Source of the DNA: Ginkgo biloba
Taxonomy: Eukaryota > Plantae > Ginkgophyta
DNA: 30,132 nt
Reading direction: 5' to 3'
Assembly (NCBI GenBank): GCA_024626585.2
Contig: JANKJI020000004.1
Span: 95,619,108-95,649,239 of the forward strand
Positions 1 to 10,400 of this stretch are shown here, one piece after another. Numbering within the stretch: position 1 is the stretch's first letter; every line of letters begins with the position of its first letter. A program made the position numbers and the translations under genes. A model generated the notes under the pieces. That model had not been told where the DNA came from, ran no database searches, and saw only the letters and a list, made by a program, of their open reading frames with translations.

Positions 1-1343
1 GCATCAACATGGCTCTTGTTATTCTATATACACATATTAACAGTTATTTTTCAGACGATGGTTGCTATCCTTGCTTTATGCCAAATTCACCTTCCAATTT
101 TGAGTTTTTGCTTTAGAATTTGTTTGTCTTGTTTGCATAGTTACCAAGACATTATAGCATAGCACTGACACACACACTAGCAACCACAAATTGTCCTTAA
201 ATAGGTGGTACATAAACANNNNNNNNNNNNNNNNNNNNNNNNNNATGCTATAATGATGTATTGAAAACAACCATAATGTTGTAGCAATTCCTATGACCAA
301 TCCCTACGAACAAACTTTTAACACTAATGCTTTTTTTAATGTTGTAGAATGCACACTAGTACATAAACCATACTAGAGGCTCATAAATACTAATTTAGAG
401 GGTTGAAGATGTTTCTTTTACAATTAGCTATGATAGAATTGATTATGATCAATTCTAAAGCACAATAAACCCCTTCCCAAGCTTATGCATTGAATCTAAA
501 TATAATGCTTCATTTTATGCCTTTTATGCATGTTGACCCTTCCTCAAGGTCCCATAAACCTCTAATAATCCAACAAACCCTACTAAGTACCTAAAAGCAA
601 GGTGAATGCATCCTATAACCATTGAACCCCTTTCAAGTTGAGAATCAACATTAAATGTCCCAATATCATGTTGCACAACAAAAATACCAACAAAACGAAC
701 AAACTTTTTTTTGTGTGTTGTAAAGAAGTGGTTCTCTTAATTGAAAAAATTACAAGCAATTACAACAAAAAGTTGAGTTGTCGTAGGCACACCCACTAGA
801 ACGGAGGACACTTACACATTGTGTCAAATCCAAAAACTTGGAACCTTAACAGAAACAATACCCTAGAGGTGAGATGCTCCTCTTAGGGTTACAAGATGAT
901 TAATACCAAGAACGGGCACCACGTAGGACACCAAAACAAAGTATAACACAAATTAAAAGTGACACACCTTAGAGAGTTGTGAACAACACCGTTGTGAATA
1001 CAAAATCATAGACAAACATATCTAATCACCTCAAAATCCACTACAACCATCGTGGCCAAAAAATGAACAGACACTGGTTGTGCAGAGGAACCCTGTCTAA
1101 CGCACTATGAGAAACCACTAGAAAAAACGAGAGGAAAATATATTTTGTTGACACCAAAAATTAATGAAGTTCACAATATTAAGGCTTACTTCGCTGGGGG
1201 AGATTCCCTTTGTGGATATTAAGCTAGCTTGCACGCCGCCTTTCGGAAACATCGATAATACACGAGAAGAGGCATAACGAGGGTTTATGTTTTAATAGTT
1301 GTTTTTTTTTGAAAAATTTTGAACACTTGTCTGCAACCAAATT

Positions 1344-1433
1344 ATGGACATAGCTGCTACCACCCGGCTGGATGCCCACAATCAACCGCCCTTGTCTTAC
1401 TGCTATCGAATTGCTGATAACTTGCTCGAGCAG
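1344..1433 (+). CDS. AMSH: AMSH exon 1 (MDIAATTRLDAHNQPPLSYCYRIADNLLEQ)
   Basis: ATG at 1344 is the first in frame after TGA 1320-1322. Ends CAG|GTAAGA, phase 0. YRIADNLL matches plant AMSH1/3. Confidence 0.9.
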
Positions 1434-4400
1434 GTAAGATTATAACGGTTCCAGACAGTTATGTAATGGGAAATGTAAACAATACTCTGAAAATTTCAGA
1501 AATAGGGTATCATATCGATTACTTGGCATTCCGGCACTGAATTATGCTTCTTTTGATGGGTTTAGCTCGTGCCTCAGTTATGCTTGACTGACATTATCTG
1601 TATCAATGCTGTTGGGTTCTCTATCTTGTTAACTAGAGTTTAATTGTGGGTTGAGGTCAGGCGAGGCTTTACCGGGAGGAGAAGAATGTTATAGACCTGT
1701 ACATTATACTACTTAGATTTTCCAGGTATTGTATGCACAGAAACTACTGTCGTTTAAAATCTTAATAATTCCGTTGATCGTCAAATCAGAAGTGCACTTA
1801 GAGTGGATTACCATGTTAAACTGCGTTCCAGCAAGTAAATAGTTCCGTTCAATGTCTTGGTAAAATTGGGACTGTGTTAGATTTGCTCAGCTCATTATGT
1901 TAACTAAATTTCATCTGTAGTGCACCAGGACAACTGCAACATTTTTTTGGTGATTGTCTTCATAAAAATAACCATGGAGAGGGTTCTGTCAGGCGTTTAT
2001 GTTAACCTAAATTGTTTTTACCATGGGCTCTTGAATTTTATTACGATGATCCCTTTCAATTACGCACTTAGTCCGTAGGCTGAGTTTGCTTGCCATTAGG
2101 TTTAGTCCATAGGCGTAGATTACTTGCCATTAGGTTTGTCGTTTGCCAGCTTGGTGAAAACGATCGCACTACACCACTAGAACACCACCTTGGGGACAGT
2201 GACAAACTTCAGTAACAGTTGCCAGTTAAAATGTCTTACCTGCACCCCTGTTGTGTTGACTGTCTTACTAAAAGAGACCATAAAGTGGATTCCCACAGTT
2301 TGTTATGGTAAGTTGAATTTCAAAAAATTGTCTGCCAGATGAATTATCCAGGGCACCATTGCCGGTTTTACTTTGACATGGCCTACTTTTGTATTGTATT
2401 TTAGTACATGTATTGATTGACATTCATATTATTCTGTGTTTTTCAGTTTAGTTTCCAAAATTATACCTCAACATCAGGACTATCCTTCATTTGTTACCAA
2501 AGAGAAGTTCGGGTACTTGAAGGTAATATCTTTCTGATTTCAGGATTCTGTTAGTTTCTATATGTTGTAAAGCACTGGGCATCATTTTCATAATTCCTTC
2601 CTAAAGCATGGTAATTAGCTTCAAACATGCATAAGAAGTATCTTTTATTGGAAAGTTATTCTTAATTGAGATTGCTTGAGGATTACGATCATACTTCCTT
2701 CCTTATGAATGGTTCTTAGCTTAGGCCATATAGATGAAGAGTTTTTACAGTAAGTTTTGGTTTATAATCAAACTTATTGTATTCTTAATAGAGACTACGG
2801 GAAGTTGTGACTGAGTTGGATGCACTAAAACCAGAGGTACAAACACAAGTNNNNNNNNNNNNNNAACTATGCATATCAAAATGATAGTCAGAACGAAGAT
2901 TATGCACGTCTTACTTCTCTGCAGGAGGGTAGTATCTCTTGTGACTGGCCTGCTCAAAAGGATCAAGTTTTGCCAATGTATGACAGTCGAAAGGTATTAC
3001 AAATAGACATGCAACATTTTATATCTGGGCAAGTTGTACTCTTAAATCAAGTAACTCGGGTGCTTAATATTTAGTTGTTGTCATTATTCATCATTAGGCA
3101 TTACTAATGAGCTGGAATTAGTTCAACAGGGATATGAAAACACTGGAAAAACTAGTACAATACAAAATNNNNNNNNNNNNNNNNNNNNNNNNNNNNNNNN
3201 NNNNNNNNNNNNNNNNNNNNNNNNNNNNNNNNNNNNNNNNNNNNNNNNNNNNNNNNNNNNNNNNNNNNNNNNNNNNNNNNNNNNNNNNNNNNNNNNNNNN
3301 NNNNNNNNNNNNNNNNNNNNNNNNNNNNNNNNNNNNNNNNNNNNNNNNNNNNNNNNNNNNNNNNNNNNNNNNNNNNNNNNNNNNNNNNNNNNNNNNNNNN
3401 NNNNNNNNNNNNNNNNNNNNNNNNNNNNNNNNNNNNNNNNNNNNNNNNNNNNNNNNNNNNNNNNNNNNNNNNNNNNNNNNNNNNNNNNNNNNNNNNNNNN
3501 NNNNNNNNNNNNNNNNNNNNNNNNNNNNNNNNNNNNNNNNNNNNNNNNNNNNNNNNNNNNNNNNNNNNNNNNNNNNNNNNNNNNNNNNNNNNNNNNNNNN
3601 NNNNNNNNNNNNNNNNNNNNNNNNNNNNNNNNNNNGTCATGTTAGAGATTACTATTATATTCCAGTTTCTGTAGGTATGGCATAAGACCAAGCCACAAGT
3701 TTTGAACTTGGTGTGTGTGTTTTTGTCCTTGCGAGCAAATTTCACTTTAAAATTCTCTGTCCAAAATGATTTGGGGTTGCACCATGATAAAATGCACATT
3801 TGGCTTGTTTTTCATAGCTTTTGCACCATTGACAAGTATGGTGGTGTGCGCAAATAAATACATTTGAAATGTTTTCCTGCCAAATATTGTACAAATACTG
3901 TTATAGACCAGACTAGTCAAGCAAATTTGGCCTTGAAAACAGGAAAGCCAAGGAAATAAGCGAGGAAGTTGGCAGGTAGGCCCTATAGTTGTTAATAGAA
4001 CCGCTAGGAGTTGCGTTGATAACAAGAAGATGAAATTATTAAAGAACAAGTGGAAATCCCAGTCTAGGGCACCCCTAATGAAATAATAACATGTGGCAAA
4101 AGGCACATACATTAGTGATTGGGATGTGGGGCAGTTCCAGCACAACTTTAGCCAATCTATGAAAGTGTCACTACCCAGACTTGCTACTTATGGAATGCCA
4201 AGTTAGGGCTTAGCATTCCTTTGGCTCATCAACATTCTTTTTTTTTTTTTTTTATTCTTTTGGCTTTTTGGGCATTTTGAAGANNNNNNNNNNNNNNNNN
4301 NNNNNNGATCTCTTTATCTTCTATTGGGTTGAACTAAAGATGTCTTTAGAAGGCTGGCTTAACTCACAGAAGGACGTTGCATGCCCTAGTGTGATGTCAT

Positions 4401-7400
4401 CATTCTAGAAGTAGAATTGGTGTAGTAGTGCAAGGGACCCTTGGAAATCCCCAAAAATTGCTACAAGCACTTGCAAAGTAGAGTGCCCCTCTCTAAAGAT
4501 ATTTTCTATATTGGTTATTGGTTGGAGATTGGAGAGTGGTTGTCACAGGAATTGTTGTAGAAGTTTCTAACTAGCTACAGAAAGAAGTTGTTTCTAGAAA
4601 TTAGGGTTTTAGCAAGTGTCATGATCCTAAAGGAAGACTCATAAACTACAAGCAATGAACGCATAAATGTGGAAGTCCATGGAGACCTATGCTCTGAGGG
4701 CAAAGCATGTTAAGGGGGATGGCATGTTATGTCCCCAAATTANNNNNNNNNNNNNNNNNNNNNNNNNNNNNNNNNNNNNNNNNNNNNNNNNNNNNNNNNN
4801 NNNNNNNNNNNNNNNNNNNNNNNNNNNNNNNNNNNNNNNNNNNNNNNNNNNNNNNNNNNNNNNNNNNNNNNNNNNNNNNNNNNNNNNNNNNNNNNNNNNN
4901 NNNNNNNNNNNNNNNNNNNNNNNNNNNNNNNNNNNNNNNNNNNNNNNNNNNNNNNNNNNNNNNNNNNNNNNNNNNNNNNNNNNNNNNNNNNNNNNNNNNN
5001 NNNNNNNNNNTCAAGTTTTAACAAAATGCACCCCTCATTTCAAAATTTAGATTTGGTGGGCCGATAGAGGTAGAGGATTGGTTGCTCAAGTTAGAAACAA
5101 CAATTGATCAGGTTTATCAAGTTGGTTGAGCGTATACTCAACAAGAATTAAGATAGTAGTACAATTCTTGGAAGGTGAAGCATGCATGTGGGGATTAAAT
5201 TGGCTAAATAAGTATCTAATCAGGGATTACCTTTGGGCCTTTGAAACAAATTTCCTTAAAGAAGTATGATTAGATAGAGATTGAAGATACAAATATGGAA
5301 TAGAATTTAAATATTGCTTTCAAAGAGAATAGTTAGTTGTAGAGTGCACAGAAAAATTTGAGGCCATTTAAGAAATAGCAAAATTTCCAAGTGATGAAGC
5401 TCAGGAATGGTACATTGCCAATTTGAGACTAGAAGTAAGATGGAATAAGCTACAAACCTTGAAGGATGCAAATCACCTAGCCAAATAAGAAGAAGAAAGG
5501 CAACAAGCATATACAAGGTGGTATACCCAACCACTAGTCTCAAAGGAATCAAAGGAAGATGAAAAAGAAGATAATGAGATTAAAGAGAACATTGTTGAAG
5601 AACATAAAGGAGATGAGAATATAATTCTAAAGATAATGATGATCGGTTGTTCGAAGATGAAAACAAATTAGAGATTGTAAGGGAGAACGATAAAGGCAAT
5701 GATAAAGAGAAGTTACAGAAAGAGTCATTCATAGAAGAGATTCCTAAGGTAGAACTAGAAGCTAAGAACAATATGGAAGAAAAAGATAGAATTCCAAAGT
5801 GGTTCAACATGATCTATAACAATACAAATGTAAGGCTTAATAACGTTGAGTATACTCTTAAGCAAATCAATGGCGTGAAGGATGCTCTCATGAGAATCAA
5901 TGATCGACTTGATGAAAGTACTCTTAGGAATATCAATGTGCAATTACAAACAAGGAGGGACCAAAAGCCAAGATTAAGCCAAACAAGCCAAAGAACATCA
6001 CATGGAGAATAATTTAGGTACATTGCAAGAATGTATAGCATGGTANNNNNNNNNNNNNNNNNAGCTCGACCATACACTACAGTGAAGAACATGGAATAAC
6101 GTGCCATACCATTTCGAGAAAAGGACAAGAAAGATGATGATACGATAGAAAGTTGTGCCAAATCATGTCGAGAAGAACTCGAAGACCACAAGATATAGTG
6201 TCGGCACTCTGTTCAAGCACATGAAATGACTGACGAGTAAATAGAAAACCACATTGTAGCACATTGGTGAAATTAGAACTGAAGGACAAGAAGGTAGAAG
6301 CATATCGACACCCTNNNNNNNNNNNNNNNNNNNNNNNNNNNNNNNNNNNNNNNNNNNNNNNNNNNNNNNNNNNNNNNNNNNNNNNNNNNNNNNNNNNNNN
6401 NNNNNNNNNNNNNNAAAGGGAGAAGACAACTAAATTTATTATATTCAAGATCCTCACCTAGTATGGAGTACCAAGGAATATTGTAAGCGATCAAGATACT
6501 AAATTGATAAGCCACTTGTGGAAAGAATTTTTCCAAAGCTTGGGTACATAGTGGAACTTTAGTAGATGATCCTCAAATGGAGGGACAAATAGAAAGAATC
6601 AACGAAATCATGGAGGATATGTTGAGGTTGCATGTAGCGACCAAGCCAACCGGTCAGGAGGAGAAGCTTCCCTTTGTGAAGTTCACATATAACAATAGAA
6701 AACATTCNNNNNNNNNNNNNNNNNNTGGATATGATCCTCTCATCCCTTTAGATTGGATTTGAAAAACTTCAAAGGGCAGAGATAAGTATTGATGGAGATG
6801 TTGGAGCAAATGCAAGAGGAATTGAGAGAATGCCTAAGGAATATTGAAAGAGTTGAAGCTTGTGCCAAATTATAGATCAACATAGATTGCCAAGAGCATT
6901 TGAAGTGGGAGATATTGTTTAAACCGACTAGCTCTTTGTCCATAGGGAGGTGCACCAAGCTCTCACGAAGATATTGTAGGCCATTCCAAGTATTGAACAA
7001 AATAAATGAAGCAACTTATAAATTACAGTTACTAGCCCATGTTAAAATACATATAGTCTTTCATGTAAATTTCCTGAAGAAAACGTTATCTCAATTTGAT
7101 AATGTGATCCCTATTTTTGTGGATGTTCAAGAAGTGCAAGGAGTCCCTAATCCCACAAGAATACTAGATGAAGGAAGTAGAAAACAATGAAATAGAGAAA
7201 TCAAAGAATAACTCATGGAATGGTCTAAGAAGTCCATTGGAGAGCCCATGTTGGAGTTGACAATTTTTGTTCATGTAGTAGGCCTCATTGAGGACAATGA
7301 TCTCTCCACGATAGCGAGAGATGTTGTTGGACAATGTATTATAATTTATAATGTNNNNNNNNNNNNNNNNNNNNNNNNNNNNNNNNNNNNNNNNNNNNNN

Positions 7401-10400
7401 NNNNNNNNNNNNNNNNNNNNNNNNNNNNNNNNNNNNNNNNNNNNNNNNNNNNNNNNNNNNNNNNNNNNGAGAGAAATCAATCTAATGTGATTGTAATGCT
7501 TGGGCAGAACTGCCCCTTAATGGAGTCTCTTTCATTCTCTGGTTAATCTGTGCATATCTCTTGTGAATGGTTCCTCTTGTATGCCTGCTTGTTCGTGATG
7601 GATTTATCTTCCTGTTGGAAAAATTCTATCAACATTTGGCGTTGTTGTCCGTGTTCGAATCTAAAACCATACGCGTGATAAATATTTGGAGTTCAAGTCT
7701 CATTCGATCTTGTTGTAGATGGAGATGCCACTTTTTCTTCCCCAAGATCAAATTCTACATAGAGGGGCTCGCAAGAATCCTCATGGTGATCAGATTTAGA
7801 TAGGTATAAAGGAAATTCTTTTTATATATAGTGGGGATTTTGTGCAATGGGAGAAAATAGTTGTAGAAAGACGACAAGATTCTTCCATTAGTTTTGGAGC
7901 TCTTGTACATGTGAACATGAGGAGTAGCCTAATAAATGCTACACTTACATCTTCTTTACTGGAATCGACAAAAAGTAGTAGTGATCTTGTTGCTTATGGA
8001 TTGATACCAAAGTTTCTTGGAGGAGCATTGTGGCAAATTGCACAAAACGCAATGGCTAAGAATACGGGAATCCGTGGGTTATGTTCTATCCTTGATACTC
8101 TGGTGACTGATGCTATTCCAAAAACAACAGCAAGGAAAAATAAACGAATAATGAATACACAATCATATATCCAAAGACTAGTGGACAAAATCCTTCGTGG
8201 CGAGGATGCGTTGGAGTGCACTCAAAAGAGATGTTATCGGTCCACTTTGACATAAAAATAAATCATTCCCATTATGGATAGCGTGTAACCCAGCACAAGA
8301 ATTCTTTGATATTACAGTGAAGTAATCTCCATAGGAAGCAATAGTACAAAGGGAAATGTGAGTAGCCAATGCCAGGAGAGTGTCAACAGATTCCCAGAGA
8401 AGGTCTATAACTATTGGAGGAATTTCCACAACCGTTGGAGAGAATTCATGTTTATACATCTGAGAGAGTCCACAGCCATCGGAAGAATTGTCACAGCTCG
8501 TCGGAGGGCTCTTCATAATTCGTCAGCGATTTTGATGTCGGAGGTCTTTGAATACCATTGGAGGACATCCATCACCTGTTGGAGTTCCTGCCTATTCAAC
8601 AGAGACCAGTCATTTGTCAGAGGAGAAGTTCCATGTGTCGAAGGAGGGTGCTTTGATCACGTCGGCAAAAGGAAGCTACTCACGTCAAGCATCGGAGGGA
8701 GTGAATTGTTGGAGGAGAAGAGAGACTGCTCACACCGGGTGTCAGAGAGGGTTTCACGTCGGACAACATGCACCTCTCACATCAGATGTCAAAGCGCTCC
8801 CATGGAGAATTACAACGCCATGTCAAAGCAACACCATGTTGAAGTTTCTCATAGGAGAATAAATCAGCATCCAATAATAAATAAAAGGAAATACATGTAT
8901 TGAAAATTTTTTTATCAAAGAGTATAGTTGATTAAAATTCATTCAAGAGGGATACACTTTAGTCATATGGAACGGACTCATAGAGGAAGGTTATTTTGAC
9001 AAAAAAAAANNNNNNNNNNGAATATATTTATGTGAGTAGGTCAATGGGCCAAATGTAATGATGATAATTATAGTTTAGTTTTGATGAATGGATACCGATA
9101 ATTAATAGAGTTTCCTTAATTTTTTTACACCAATAATGATAGATATCTTAGTCAATGGAGGAATTATTCATAGAGCTGCATCAATAAGAAAATTTTTCAT
9201 AAATAAGTATAGCTTCATATTGATATTTAAGAGTCTATCTATCTGATATGTTATATGTCACCATATAGATATTTTATCCTAAATTTTATAATTTCTCTAT
9301 TCCAATAATGAGTCAAAGTCCACTAATGTTCAATCCAATAAGCCTTTAAGTGAGTCTTATTAGTGTGTCATTCTCCATCTAAGAATCGGTTATAGGTGCA
9401 CGTTAGTTTTAGTTTGATACCTTGTCAATTTATAGATTGGTATTCATATTGTACATTGAGTCATATAATGTTGTAGTTTTGTATTTCCATCGAAGATGGC
9501 TAGAAATTGTGAAGTAGTGCACCTGAAACTACCTGATAATTGCACTTTAAATATTGGTCTGAGATGACAATTGCGATATTAGTTGCAAAGGGCCTTGCAA
9601 CTATGTTAATGTTTGTGGATGACCTAGAACTTGATTATAGGAGAAATAATACTAGTTATAGTAACATAGTTATGAAGACAATAGAAAAAACCATCCTAGA
9701 GATGCAAAGAGACCAATTGACAATATCACCTTGGAGTTTTCTTACCCTGGATCTTTCTAGGGCTAAGGTTTTTCTTCAAGGCAAGAAAAAATAACCTCAT
9801 TATTATAATGATAGATAAAAGTGACCACTCAGCCTTCCACTACAGAGCTAAAAGGAACATCTGAATAGTGAAATCACAATAAATTTAGAGTAGTAAGCAA
9901 AATGGGTGCCTCCTCCTTTAAAAATTGGATGGAAATAAAGAGTAGAGAGAATAATTAATGCTTCACCCCTTATAATTAGATTACAGTAGGGAGTAGAGAG
10001 AAAAATGGGTGCCTCTTCCTTAATGAAAATGTTGCATTAAAATTAAAAATGACTGATGTGATGGACTACACGTTTGATGGATGGAATCTTTACAAAATCC
10101 CCTATATCTAGTGTGATGGCCTATATGAATGGAAACTGTTGTGGGTTGTAACCCAAAAATATTGCTAGATGGCATCAACACCATAGGGATTCTTCTAACT
10201 TCAACCAAGGTGGATAACAAGGCTAGTTACCTAGACATTCTGGAAGAAGATGAAGGTAGGGATCCAAACTATTTTTCACTTATTTTCCTCAAGACGAGAC
10301 AAAGGTTTAGGTGTGGGGGAGTGTTGGACGGTCATATTTTTGTAATAAATGACTTTATTATGTATTATAATGAGGATTTAGATGGATGATTAGTAATTGA

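Noticed and set aside
3097-3129. GITNELELV resembling AMSH INELESL
   Set aside because: The true homologous segment is at 2792-2836. The phase is incompatible, and this stretch is better read as branch point plus acceptor.
7719-8255. ClpX fragment as bacterial contamination, HGT or a functional host gene
   Set aside because: It has plant-type segments (RRQDSS, VNMRS..TSSLLES, KILRG), a stop codon and no Walker motifs, and it is contiguous with plant LTR sequence.
8358-8903. 181-codon ORF as a real gene
   Set aside because: Non-ATG start, no recognisable domain, and it overlaps a degenerate repeat with several partly open frames.
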